NCBI GenBank assembly: GCA_963823665.1
Contig: CAWGMQ010000010.1
Span: 1,632,001-1,696,000, forward strand
Reading direction: 5' to 3'
DNA length: 64,000 nucleotides
Source of the DNA: an uncultured Planctomycetota bacterium
GTDB lineage: Bacteria; Planctomycetota; Planctomycetia; Isosphaerales; Isosphaeraceae
Below are positions 22,169 to 32,398 of this stretch, piece after piece; the stretch's first letter is position 1, and the number at the start of each line of letters is the position of its first letter. The position numbers and the translations under genes were made by a program. The notes under the pieces were generated by a model. The model saw only the letters and a program-made list of their open reading frames with translations. It ran no database searches and was not told the DNA's origin.

Positions 22169-23659
22169 TTAATCCAAATCCGCCCTGCACCAGCGGCGGT
22201 AAGCCAGCGCGATTGTTGCCACGCTCGCCGCGGCCAGGACCGACGCGATCGCCATATTGACTTCGACGCCGATGCTGCCGTTCATCGTCCAGAGCATCCA
22301 GCTCGCAGTCGCCATGAATGCGCAGAGTGCGCACCCGACGCTTGCGATCATTCCTCGTTTCAAGGACCAAATTCCCATGGCATACGCACAAAGTTGGGCC
22401 ATCCCTGTGCAGAAAATGAACAAGATTATGTTTTTGACTTGCAGGAGTTCCGGCGCCCAGATGGCTGCGGCTATTCCCATACACAGAACGCCCCCGAGCC
22501 ACCATTGGATGATGTCCCACAAGAGCGCCAGGCCGAGCTCTCGAACGAATTCCTGTCGCGTTCGCGGCCGCACGGATTCATAACCCAGACGATGACGGCG
22601 TTTGAACCAGGAGGGCCAAGTCCTGTTAAAAGGATTCGTCATGACCTGCACTGAGAATATCACCACAGTGTCCCTGCCCGGAAAAAGTCGCAGCAATAGA
22701 GGCATCGTGAGGAGCGTCATCACCATGAGAAACCCCACGTCTGTGGAGGTACGCAGCGACTGGGTCCCAAGCCGCCATAACTGTAAACGTTGCCATAGGC
22801 TTCTCTCGCTGTACCCGGAGAGGCTCTCGACTTGTTTCAGGTTGGTAAACGGGTTTTTCAGCGGGTCCAAGTTCTGAAGGGCGGTCCGTTTATTAGCCGG
22901 CAAAGCAGCGGGATATTCCTCGATTGTCTTCGTTTTGGATTGTTTCAGCGCCCGGGGTTTGATTACTTCCGCCCAGGGGTTCCCGAACTGCCCCCCGAAA
23001 GTTTGCACACCCCGCCCGCGGAGAAAATCGCCCCACAAGCGCGCAAGATAATACTCCGCCGCCGTATCTTCATTCAACGCAAGCAACCGCCAGGCTAAGG
23101 CCCAGAGCGCTACCAAACTAATGAATACAAAAAGCGCAGAGGCTGCTGGGTTTGTTCCCGCGAGGAAACGCGCGAAGTCGGGGTCGGATGAAGAGCGCGC
23201 CGTTACAAAAGCCAAGAACGGGAACGCCAAGACGCCCATGACCGGATGGTGGAGCGTCCACAATCCCGCCGCCAAGGAAGTCAGGAAGATCACGGCAACG
23301 CTCGTCGGCGCGATGTCGCTTGTTCCCACGAACATCATCGAAAACATCGGGATCCCAAGGAAAAGCAATGCGATGAGCGTTGCCGCCAGCAGATGCTTCT
23401 TCCGATAATGCGGCAGCACGGACGCCCACGGGTGGGCGATGTTGTCTCTGAGGAGGACGCCTAATATGCAAGCATTGAAGTACGTAAACATTGCCATGTA
23501 TGATTTTCTCGAAAGGACGCCAGCAACGATGCCACCTTGGTTGCGCCCGATCTCTCCGTCGTCTAATGACACACTCAAGAGGCAGACCAACATGAACAAC
23601 CACACCGCCGCTGCTGCCCCGCGCATGTAGACTCTCGCGATCGGCAGGTAATTACGCAT
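22169..23659 (-). CDS. Multi-pass membrane protein (permease of ytr-like ABC system)
   Basis: Many TM segments; overlaps the ATPase stop. Confidence 0.75.
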   Translation of the reverse strand: MRNYLPIARVYMRGAAAAVWLFMLVCLLSVSLDDGEIGRNQGGIVAGVLSRKSYMAMFTYFNACILGVLLRDNIAHPWASVLPHYRKKHLLAATLIALLFLGIPMFSMMFVGTSDIAPTSVAVIFLTSLAAGLWTLHHPVMGVLAFPFLAFVTARSSSDPDFARFLAGTNPAASALFVFISLVALWALAWRLLALNEDTAAEYYLARLWGDFLRGRGVQTFGGQFGNPWAEVIKPRALKQSKTKTIEEYPAALPANKRTALQNLDPLKNPFTNLKQVESLSGYSERSLWQRLQLWRLGTQSLRTSTDVGFLMVMTLLTMPLLLRLFPGRDTVVIFSVQVMTNPFNRTWPSWFKRRHRLGYESVRPRTRQEFVRELGLALLWDIIQWWLGGVLCMGIAAAIWAPELLQVKNIILFIFCTGMAQLCAYAMGIWSLKRGMIASVGCALCAFMATASWMLWTMNGSIGVEVNMAIASVLAAASVATIALAYRRWCRADLD

Positions 23660-24530
23660 GATGCAGCTCCAGGAAGATGTCCTCGAGATTTAGATCTTGC
23701 ACCGCCACCGACGCCGACCACTGTTGGGCGATTCGTTCCGGCAAATCGGCCGTGAAGTCTTGCACGCTCACCACCGCCTCGTTGCCGGTCACCTTGGCGT
23801 ACAGCATGCCGGGCACGCGGAAAGAACCGTTCGGCAAGGGCGCGGCCGCCTGGACATGCAGCCGTTTCACGCTGTCCTTGAGGGCATCGAGTTCTCCGTT
23901 GTAGAAAATCTTGCCGTCTTTGAGGACCGCGACGCGGTCGGCCACACGCTCCAAGTCCGACGTGATGTGCGTGGAGAAAAGCACCGTGCGCGCGCCGACC
24001 ATGTCGAGCAGCGTTTCCAAGAACCGCCGCCGCGCCACGGGATCCAAGCTAGCGGCAGGCTCATCGAGGACCAGCAGATCCGGCTCATGACCGAGGGCCA
24101 AGATGATGGCTAGCTTCTGCATCTGGCCAACCGACAACGGCCCGACGCGGTCTTCCGGGTTCAGCTCCCATTCGCGCAGCAGCCGGTCGACAAGGGCCTT
24201 GTTCCACCTGGGATAGAAAGCGCCCGTGTAGGCGGTGATTTGTCGGATCTTCATCCAAGGATAGAGGTTGATTTCCTGCGGCACGTAGCCGAGCCGTTCC
24301 TTGCCCGCGGCGCTCAGCTCCCAAGCCGGCTCGCCCAAGATGCGGACGTCGCCGAGCTGAGGGCGCTGCAGGCCCAAAGCGCATTTGAGCAACGTCGTCT
24401 TGCCGGCGCCGTTCTTGCCCACGAGGCCCAAGACCGAGCCTGCCGGCAAGGTCAGATCGACTTCTTTGAGCACAAGCTTGTGACCGAAACTTTTCGAAAC
24501 TCCGCGCAGCTCGAGCATCGTTTCACTCAT
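23652..24530 (-). CDS. ABC transporter ATP-binding protein (YtrB-like)
   Basis: GKNGAGKTT, LSVGQMQK and LDEPAASLD. Confidence 0.93.
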   Translation of the reverse strand: MSETMLELRGVSKSFGHKLVLKEVDLTLPAGSVLGLVGKNGAGKTTLLKCALGLQRPQLGDVRILGEPAWELSAAGKERLGYVPQEINLYPWMKIRQITAYTGAFYPRWNKALVDRLLREWELNPEDRVGPLSVGQMQKLAIILALGHEPDLLVLDEPAASLDPVARRRFLETLLDMVGARTVLFSTHITSDLERVADRVAVLKDGKIFYNGELDALKDSVKRLHVQAAAPLPNGSFRVPGMLYAKVTGNEAVVSVQDFTADLPERIAQQWSASVAVQDLNLEDIFLELHHA

Positions 24531-24921
24531 GGCCGAGCTCCTTTAGTAGAGGGTCGAGGGCCGCCAACACTTGTTCCCGTGTCAGGGCCAACTGATACGC
24601 CTGGGTGGCCACCTGCTCCAACAGCGGCCGCAGCTCATTCTGACGTTCCTTGATCGTTCCCCTAGGCGATCTATGGTTGACGCGCATCCCCTGCCCACGC
24701 ACGCGCTCGACGACCCCTTCGCGCTCCAGCAGCGAATACGCCTTGGACACGGTCATCTGGTTGACTTGCAGGTCCTGGCCGGCCTGCCGCACGGACGGGA
24801 GCAAGTCCCCTTCCGCCAACCGCCCGCTGGCGACGAGCGCGCGGACCTGGTCCATCAACTGCCGATAAATCGGCACGCCGGAGGAGGTGTTCACCTGGAA
24901 GTAAGACGCGCTGGCTCGCAT
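24523..24921 (-). CDS. GntR family regulator, YtrA subfamily
   Basis: PIYRQL, LPSVR and VNQMTVSKAY; short C-terminus; precedes ABC genes. Confidence 0.92.
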   Translation of the reverse strand: MRASASYFQVNTSSGVPIYRQLMDQVRALVASGRLAEGDLLPSVRQAGQDLQVNQMTVSKAYSLLEREGVVERVRGQGMRVNHRSPRGTIKERQNELRPLLEQVATQAYQLALTREQVLAALDPLLKELGHE

Positions 24922-24923
24922 AG

Positions 24924-24963
24924 GTGTATTACTACTGTAATGCACTAATGCGGTGATAGTCAA
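24924..24963 (-). promoter_or_regulatory. YtrA-type operator overlapping a sigma70 promoter
   Basis: GTGTATTAC-N4-GTAATGCAC at 24924-24945; TTGACT-N18-TACAGT on the minus strand. Confidence 0.65.
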
Positions 24964-25002
24964 GCCAAGGGTTTTCTTTTTTGATCGGCGCCAGGGATGT
25001 CA

Positions 25003-25145
25003 GGATGTCAGACACCCACCTTTTGCGGAGCGTCGGGCACGCGCCTTGTGCGTGTTCGAAATGGCCAGAGGCCGTGCTTTGCGCCGGACGTGCGAGCCGC
25101 GAATGAATCGGGGGAGCGTGACAAAAGGATGGGTTTCTGGAATCC
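25003..25145. mobile_element. MITE/REPIN-like element, copy 1 of 4
   Basis: Imperfect terminal inverted repeats GACACCCACCTTTTG / CAAAAGGATGGGT; homologous to 27236, 32110 and 57241. Confidence 0.75.
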
Positions 25146-25426
25146 TTCCAACCGAGCATCGGCTCAGGCCAAGCGACGATCGAGCTCGCGAGTTTTGTGC
25201 GAGTTTTACGACGCTTAGCCTAACCGCACGGCCTGCTCACAATGCTAGTTGGGCATGAGCCAGGAAACCATCCGGTCCTCCGCTCTGATCCTTGTTGTGC
25301 GCCTTCCTTATTCCCCCTCCCCGTCAGCGCCGGGCACGTCGACCGCCCAGCCATGGGTGGAAAGTTAGAACAGTGCATGTTACCATGCACGCCTAGTCTT
25401 CTTGCATTCGAGCGCGAGAGAAACCA

Positions 25427-26770
25427 ATGAAATGCGAGCGAGTTGGTCGACGGTTTCGGCCGGTCTTATCTGAGAGCCTCGAGCCGCGCGCCTTGTTGAC
25501 GATGACGGCGACAGCCCAATTGCCGAACGTGAACGTCGTCACGGGCGTTGCGGTGTCACCGGTGAATCTGAATTCCTACTTTCATGACCCGGACGCGTCG
25601 CCCGATTTCGCGATCTTCAACACGACATTGGGCACGATACCCGTACTTCTGACCCCGACGACGACTCCGCTGACGGTTGCGAATTTCCTGACTTACGTGA
25701 ACCAAGGGGCTTATACGAACAGCATCGTGCACCGCTCGGTTCCCGGCTTCATCTGGCAAGCCGGCGGTTATCAACTGACGTCAACGCCAAGCATCGTTCA
25801 GACGCCCACGAATGCGCCAGTTCAGAACGAGTACGGTGCACCCAACGTCCGCGGCACGATCGCGATGGCCAAGCTGGGAGATGATCCCAACAGCGCCACG
25901 AGCCAGTTCTTCTTCAATGAAGCCGACAACTCATCCAACCTGGATAACCAGAATGGGGGCTTCACGGTTTTCGGCAACGTGGTGGGAACCGCGGGATTGG
26001 CCGTAATGGACGCGATTGCCGCAGTGCCAGTGCCCTCGCCAGGTCCGTTCGCGTCGCCGCTGGATCAGATTCCCCTCCAGAATTACTCCACCGGCGCTAC
26101 CGTAGAGCCTGCCAACTTGATCCTGATCAGTAGCGTGACAAACACCAGTGACCTGTTTCTGGTCTCCAGTGACGCACCCAGCGTCGCGAACGTCTCGGTT
26201 CTCGGAAATTCCTTGACGATCACGACAGGCGCAATCGGCACTGCGCATATTTCGGTCGTCGGTTACGGCTCTGACGGCAAGACTGCGACAGAGACTTTTG
26301 CGGTCAATGTCACTTCTCCACCCGCACCCCCGCCACCACCGCCGCCACCGCCATCCCCTCCGCCGCCTCCTCCTCCGCCGCCTCCTCCAGCTCCGCCGGT
26401 CGTTGTACCACCGTCGGTATTGGTTCCAACAGCCAGCGGCGCATTGCCTGGTTCGGTGATCGCCGGTAAGAAGACTAAAATTCAACAGACGATTTCATTG
26501 GTCGATTCGAGAAGCAATGTCGCTCAAAAGGAGCTTGTCACGCTGAGCCTCTCCACGGAGTCGGATTCCTCAGCGCCAGATTTCGTCATCGCCAGCGCCA
26601 ATCCGAAGGTCAAGTTGAAAGCCGGCAAGAAATTCAAAGTGAAACTTTCAGCCAGTCGAGTGAGCGCGAACATTCCGGCCGGCGTTTACCATGTGCTGGT
26701 CACCGTGAAGGATCCGAACGGATCAACAACCACGATCGACACGGGGAAGAAGTTGACGATCCGGGCGTGA
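25427..26770 (+). CDS. Secreted cyclophilin-type peptidyl-prolyl isomerase with poly-Pro linker
   Basis: ESLEPRALL, HRSVPGFIWQAGG, RGTIAMAK and SATSQFFFN. Confidence 0.9.
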   Translation: MKCERVGRRFRPVLSESLEPRALLTMTATAQLPNVNVVTGVAVSPVNLNSYFHDPDASPDFAIFNTTLGTIPVLLTPTTTPLTVANFLTYVNQGAYTNSIVHRSVPGFIWQAGGYQLTSTPSIVQTPTNAPVQNEYGAPNVRGTIAMAKLGDDPNSATSQFFFNEADNSSNLDNQNGGFTVFGNVVGTAGLAVMDAIAAVPVPSPGPFASPLDQIPLQNYSTGATVEPANLILISSVTNTSDLFLVSSDAPSVANVSVLGNSLTITTGAIGTAHISVVGYGSDGKTATETFAVNVTSPPAPPPPPPPPPSPPPPPPPPPPPAPPVVVPPSVLVPTASGALPGSVIAGKKTKIQQTISLVDSRSNVAQKELVTLSLSTESDSSAPDFVIASANPKVKLKAGKKFKVKLSASRVSANIPAGVYHVLVTVKDPNGSTTTIDTGKKLTIRA

Positions 26771-26891
26771 TGGGCGGAAGGAGCTGGCAATCAGCTCGGC
26801 TGCTGTTCGCGTCGCGAAATCGCGGGTGCTCAAGCGGTTGCGCGAAGAGGTTGGAATGCGGTGATGCGATGCCGATTACGAGGACATCCCG

Positions 26892-27152
26892 GTGAACCTG
26901 CTATTGCGGTTGTATTTCAATGCCCTGTTCAAGGGAAATCCGTTCGTGGTGGCGATCACGATCATCGGGGTCGCTGCGCTGTGCGTGGGACCATTTTATG
27001 AAGGTCTCTCCAAGCGTGATCCGGCGGCGATCGGGATCGTTGCGCTAATCCTTTTGGGAATCACCATACTGCTCGTGGTCGCGATCATCGACCGAAGGAA
27101 TCAGTCTCCAAAAGGGAAGAACCGGAGTCCGAACCGGGGACGCCCGCGGTGA
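26892..27152 (+). CDS. Small two-TM hypothetical protein
   Basis: GAGGA RBS, two hydrophobic helices, basic tail. Confidence 0.65.
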   Translation: MNLLLRLYFNALFKGNPFVVAITIIGVAALCVGPFYEGLSKRDPAAIGIVALILLGITILLVVAIIDRRNQSPKGKNRSPNRGRPR

Positions 27153-27235
27153 TCGCCGACGCGAGCGCCAGCGCAGCTCGGCGGGAGCGTCGCGCTCGCG
27201 AATCTCATAATGCCGTTTAACCTTTGGCATCCTGA

Positions 27236-27380
27236 GACTCGCCTTGTGCGTGTTCGAAATGACCGGAGGCCGTTGTTTTGCTCCGAATGTGCGAGCCGCG
27301 AATGAATGGATGCGGGGGACCGTGACAAATGGATGGGCATGTGGAATCTCTTAAGCGAAATCCAAGACACCCACTTTTCG
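27236..27380. mobile_element. MITE/REPIN-like element, copy 2 (5'-degenerate, followed by an extra TIR)
   Basis: Matches the internal sequence of 25003-25145. Confidence 0.7.
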
Positions 27381-27427
27381 CGACGCATCCAAAGGTCAAT
27401 GCGGGTTACTGGAGCCAACTTACGGAT

Positions 27428-27490
27428 ATGAACCGATATATTCACCCATTAACGGCTTTTAAACGCAACACCGCCGAGTTCCTTGCCCGG
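27428..27490 (+). pseudogene. Fragment of a Phd/YefM-like antitoxin
   Basis: IHPLTAFKRNTAEFL resembles the N-terminus of prevent-host-death antitoxins; ends at a GGGAAGCC repeat cluster. Confidence 0.5.
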
Positions 27491-27715
27491 GAAGCCAGAG
27501 GGGAAGCCGGGAAGCCTTTCGGTTGATTGATGCCGATCTCCACATCTGAGCCCTGGGTGTCTTCCTCCGCATGCCCATCTGCGTCTGCGTGCCCCGGAAG
27601 CCGATCTAAAGGTCGGGTTTCTGGCTCCTCGAAGTCAGCGCGCATGGCGGCGTTCGCGATCCAACGTCAAGCGACGCCAGCTCCGTCACCAATCTCGCGA
27701 TCGCAACTGTCACGG

Positions 27716-29108
27716 CTACTTCGAAGTCGCTGCGATCGGCTTGAGGCCCAATTCTTCGAGAATCCCCCGACGCAAGTAAGGTTTGGACGATTTGTAGCGG
27801 TCGAGAATCCTCTGATACTCAGCCGCGTCTGGATGCCGCACCTTGATCGAAAGCGTCGTATGGTTATGGTTACCGAAATCCTTCCGAAATGTCTTTTCCG
27901 ACTTCGCCAATAACTCGATCGCTTTCTGCTGCCACTTGACGGCCGACGCAAAGTCTCCCGTCTCCGAACACGCCGCCGCCAGCGTCTTGAGCGCCCGCGG
28001 TTCGCTCCAGTCGAAAAGCTCACAGGCGCGCGTCGCTAGCTCGACACCCTCCGCGGGCTTCCGCAGCTTCGCATCGGGACAGTTCGTCAAGAGTCGGGCG
28101 CGCTCGCGGAGCGCTCGCGCCGAATTCGGCGCGAAGCGAATGAGCTCGCCCAGATCATCAAGCGCCTTGTCGTACCTGCCGATCGACTCAAAAACGATGG
28201 CTCGGTTTCCGTGTGACTCGGGACTTTGTGGGTCGGCGTCGACCGCCTGATCGAGAATCGCGATCGCGTTCGTCGAGTCACCCCGCTTCAAGTACAAGAG
28301 GGCGTACCCTGAGAACGCGTCCGCCTGTTTCGGGTCCAATTTGATCGCCCTGTTGAATTCCGGTTCGGCCTTCGACAGCTTCCCTTTCTCGATGAACATC
28401 ATCCCCCGGGCAATGTGGCTGATCGCGGCGTCCGACCCCAGTTCCTTCGCCTTGTCGAAGTCTTGGACGGCCTTGTCGTACTGATTGAGGTTGTACTCAA
28501 ATACGCCGCGTGCGAGGTACGCATACGAGCTGCGTCCGTCAAGCTCGATCGCTTTGCCAGCATCTTCAACCGCTCGGTCAAGCCGATTCCGCCACTGCCA
28601 GAGCTGGGCCCAGGCGATAAGCGCCGGGATGTACTTCGCATCGAGCTTGATCGCCGCGTCCAGGTCAGCCGAGGCACCCTCGACATCATGATTCTCGAGG
28701 CGGGCAACCCCGCGCATCATGTAAACGAACGCGTTGCGAGGATCGCGCTTGATCTGCGCTGAAAATGTACGCCTCCGCGTCAGCGAGCGGCACCATCTCC
28801 CCGGGCGAGACCCAGCCGCGAAGCCCTTCATTCAGGTCAGAAACCAGCAGCCGATCATCTTCTTTCTGCTCAACGAAGTAGATAAAGCCCGCCACACTCG
28901 GCGTGATCTTCTTGTCGCTATCCCGGAGCGTGATCGCAGGGTTTTTCTGCACGCATTCGGACGCCCGGAGATGGGGGCTGACCGACTTCTTGGGCGCCAG
29001 TGCTGTCTTCAACTGGCTCAGTTGAGTTCGATCCGCCGCACGGACCTCAGTACTGGCCAAATTCAGCCCGATCAGCAAGACCGCGCAAACCGCGTGGACG
29101 CGCGACAT
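27716..29108 (-). CDS. Exported TPR protein; frameshift near 28770
   Basis: Signal peptide in 28686..29126; TPRs and ATRACEL..W...LAAA.SE.GDF..A.KWQ in 27716..28831. Confidence 0.8.
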
Positions 29109-29398
29109 CGACGGAGTCCTTTGCAACGCACGAACGCGGGAGAATCGCCGTCAATATGGCGCGAAGTGCGAACCGAAGCAAGGCGAGATTCGGCCCATGT
29201 CCGCCGTTGAGATGCGACGACAGATTCCCTAACCATGCGATAACCGAGGTCATTTCTGTCTGGTCGCGTTCGAGATCCACGACGCCCCCCCGCGCAGATC
29301 TCGTCGCAGGCCAAAAAACGGCGTCAGGCGTCTGCGCCTTACAAGCCTTGAATTTACGCCTGACGATGCCTTTTGCTGCGTCTCGGATTAGTGGCCAG

Positions 29399-29680
29399 CT
29401 TCCACTCCTGCCGGTCGAGGCCGAAATCGCCGTGATCATGCGAGCTTACATCCGGCATCAGTTGATGCCGGCTAATCCCACCGGTGACGCTCTCCAATTG
29501 GCTTTGGCTTCGTACCATAAGTGTGACTTTCTGGTAACTTGGAACCGTCTTCACTTGGCCAATGCGAACAAGTTCGGCCACATTCGCCGTGTCAACACGA
29601 TGCTTGGGCTATTCACTTCCACGATCGCGACTCCTCTAGAATTATTGGGAGGCATCGATGTCGGAGAAGGAGCGGAGTGA
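29399..29680 (+). pseudogene. 5'-truncated PIN-domain (VapC-like) toxin
   Basis: DALQLALAS...DFLVTWNRLHLAN...TPLEL; no N-terminal PIN half. Confidence 0.7.
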
Positions 29681-29846
29681 TCCTGTTATCGATGAGGTCC
29701 GAGCAGTTCGGTGCCGGATCTCTGCGCTGTTCGATCATGATCCGGACAAACTCATCGAACACTACGTGAAGCTCCAGGAACGGCATGCAGATCGTTTGAT
29801 CGGAAACGCCGTTGAGTCTGGACACACGGATGAAGCCGCCGCGTGA
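29658..29846 (+). CDS. Small putative antitoxin downstream of the PIN remnant
   Basis: DPVIDEVRAVR..IS..FDHD; GGAGG RBS; overlaps the PIN stop. Confidence 0.65.
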   Translation: MSEKERSDPVIDEVRAVRCRISALFDHDPDKLIEHYVKLQERHADRLIGNAVESGHTDEAAA

Positions 29847-30139
29847 CCTGCTCGCTGCGACAGCTCGCATTCGCCGTGGGACGTTTGGGTAGAGCCGCCA
29901 GCTTGAATCGACATCGGCACGAAATACCCCTCCGCGAAGTCCCTGGCGTGGCCCGCCGGATCGTGCCATATAGCCGCTGCGATGGCGACGTGCTGATCAT
30001 GCCAGGTTTGCGGCACAAGAAATCGGCTATGTGGCGGAAGGGGTTCATGCTGCCGGCGGACTAAGACGCCCTATCTGTTGCGATTCCACCAAACTGCCAG
30101 CAAAGGTAGGATTGGCAAAGTTTCAACACGGAGGACGTT

Positions 30140-30421
30140 ATGAAGACGGCAACTTTATCCGCCGAGGCCTTATCCCTCTTCCGCCTGCGTGTTGAACGCG
30201 CTGGCGATATTATCGTGAACGATTCCAACCGCGAGATATACCGCGAGTTGGCGCGAGCTGGGTTTATGCAGGCAGTGAGTACGTTCGCGGGCGGCCAAGA
30301 ATCTGCTTACCGTGTAACGAAAGAGGGGTTTGATAGGAAGGCTGAGCTTTCGGGCAGTGTCAAAGCAGTGGGGCAACTCAGCGCGCTCTGGCCCGGTCGA
30401 GCCTCCTCGCGTGATCGGTAA
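30140..30421 (+). CDS. Small hypothetical (winged-helix-like) protein
   Basis: GGAGG RBS; NREIYRELARAGFM...YRVTKEG. Confidence 0.6.
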   Translation: MKTATLSAEALSLFRLRVERAGDIIVNDSNREIYRELARAGFMQAVSTFAGGQESAYRVTKEGFDRKAELSGSVKAVGQLSALWPGRASSRDR

Positions 30422-30744
30422 TCGGAGGTTCCGTCTTTGCGACCGCCTTCACTGCTGCCGCGTTAGGCATTTCGCCAGAGCCGGCTACCCTTCTGACCTT
30501 TCAACGGATCGGGATTCGGGACCCCTGAGTCGATAACGATGCCTGTCGTGTTTCCGCCGCTTGGCGTCCATGGAAGTCGAGCACCCACCACCGTCCATTC
30601 CCATCATAGTCCGGCTGGTCGTTCAAGTTTTTCGAGGATGCCAAGTTCCTGTATACGGATGGTGCAGTACTCTTCGAGCTTACCCGCGTACGTTTGAGCG
30701 AATCGCTGGGCATGGTCGGCCCGTCTATTTCTTGGAGCCTTCGC

Positions 30745-31614
30745 ATGCGAAGCTCGGATCCCCGTCCTCGGTGGTTCGGCCCGGCGTTCCGCATGCGTGG
30801 CCTGACGATCGGCGTGCTCGCTATCGGTACATGTCTGGGTTGGTACATGCGAAGCGAAAGAACGCAACGCGACGCGGCGGCGGCGATCAGACGCGCTGGC
30901 GGTTTAGCCCAGTACGACTGGGAGTGGCGCGAAGGCCACGAAGTCGCCGGAGCCACGCCACCAGCCCCGAAGTGGTTACTCGATCGCCTCGGTCTCCGAC
31001 TATTTCGGAACCGTGGTGAGGATTCAATTAATGCCTGATCCTGACGTCTTGGAGGTCCAATTGATGAGCGTTGCTGCGCTGCAGCGAATCGAAGAATTTG
31101 AGACTACGGGCGCGGGAGTAACCGACGCCGCGCCAAGATTCTGGGAGGGCTGAAGGATCTGAGATTCCTGTATCTCACGAACGCAGCTCTGACGGACGCC
31201 GGGTTGAAGTATTTAAGGGGATTGACACAATTGGAGGTTCTGGAACTTCGCACGACGGCCATCACGGACGCTGGCTTGGCGCACCTGAGCGTGCTGACCG
31301 GTTTGAAACGGCTTGACCTTGGATCTTGCCACGGCATCGCCGACCCTGGGCTTGCAAATATAAAAACGCTGACTCGCCTCGAGGAACTCGACCTGGATGA
31401 TTGCAGCATCACCGACGCCGGCATGGTGCATTTGCGAGATCTCCCCAACCTTCGGGTTCTCGCGCTCGGCGAGACGCGCGTGTCCGATGTGGGGCTAGAG
31501 AATCTCAAGGGAAGTTCCAAGCTTTGTGAGCTCTTTGTTGAAAAATCCGCGGTCACACAAGCTGGAAAGGATTCGCTGAGGCGAGCGCTGCCTGGATTGA
31601 AAATCGAGCGCTGA
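30745..31614 (+). CDS. Leucine-rich-repeat protein; frameshifted at about 31020-31100
   Basis: N-terminal TM then AAAAIRRAGG..YDWE; LxxLxL..ITDAGL repeats. Confidence 0.75.
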
Positions 31615-31887
31615 GCCCGTGTCTGCCGCGATTAAAAACTGGGCCAGGGACGTAAACGGGGACGCGAGAAAACGGTGGGCAATCGGAGATCTGTCCGCAG
31701 ATGCTGCCGATGGGACGCAGATGGGATGACAAGGCCGAGGAAGACGGGAGGGCGTCGGCAGGATGCAGGGCTGAAATGCTGGTTGACCACGGATGGCACG
31801 GATCTTCACGGATGAACGCGGGGGAGGCAACGAAGCTGGTCGGCGCGGGTCGTTGGTGATGGGTACCTTTGCGCTCGCGGGAAGCTT

Positions 31888-32017
31888 GAGACCTCCGGTC
31901 GCGAAGACGGCGGGGTCGGAGACCCGCGCCGAACCGGGCAGGACGCCGCTGGCGGCGCTGAGGGCGAAGGGGAGACCTTCGGTCAGGAAGACGGCGGTGT
32001 CGGAGACCCGCGCCGAA
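31888..32017. repeat. Two REP-like units GAGACC(T/C)TCGGTC...GTCGGAGACCCGCGCCGAAC
   Basis: Direct copies at about 31888 and 31971; same family as the in-gene element at 54728. Confidence 0.75.
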
Positions 32018-32109
32018 CTGGCGATCCGTGGCGAGCTGCCGATTCGTGGCTCGTTGCGAGCGAAGGGTTGAGTTTGGCAAGAATGAATGGGGTGTTGCGT
32101 CGATCTTGC

Positions 32110-32233
32110 CGAGCGTCGGGCACTCGCCTTCTGCCTGTTCCAATCGACCAGAGGTCTTGGTTTTGCGCCGTACGCGCAAGCCGCAAATGAATGGTCGCGG
32201 GGGACCGTGACAAAAGGATGGGGGTCTGGAATC
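32110..32233. mobile_element. MITE/REPIN-like element, copy 3
   Basis: GAGCGTCGGGCACTCGCCTT...GTGACAAAAGGATGGGGGTCTGGAATC. Confidence 0.7.
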
Positions 32234-32398
32234 TTCCGGAATCCCGGAATCCCTCGCGGGCTTTCGTTAATTGGGTGGCGTGGATGTTCCGCGCCGTTGA
32301 CACTCTCCCCCGGCGTTGACACGCCGGGCTATATGATGTCGCCCCTAGCGGGGCTCGGGTTGATTGGGCTGCGTTGATCTCCTCCCGGCGTTGGCCTT

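Noticed and set aside
31689..31816. CGCAGAT/CACGGAT triplet repeats as an RNA gene
   Set aside because: Short intergenic repeat motifs (similar at 44935-45013) with no recognisable RNA family.
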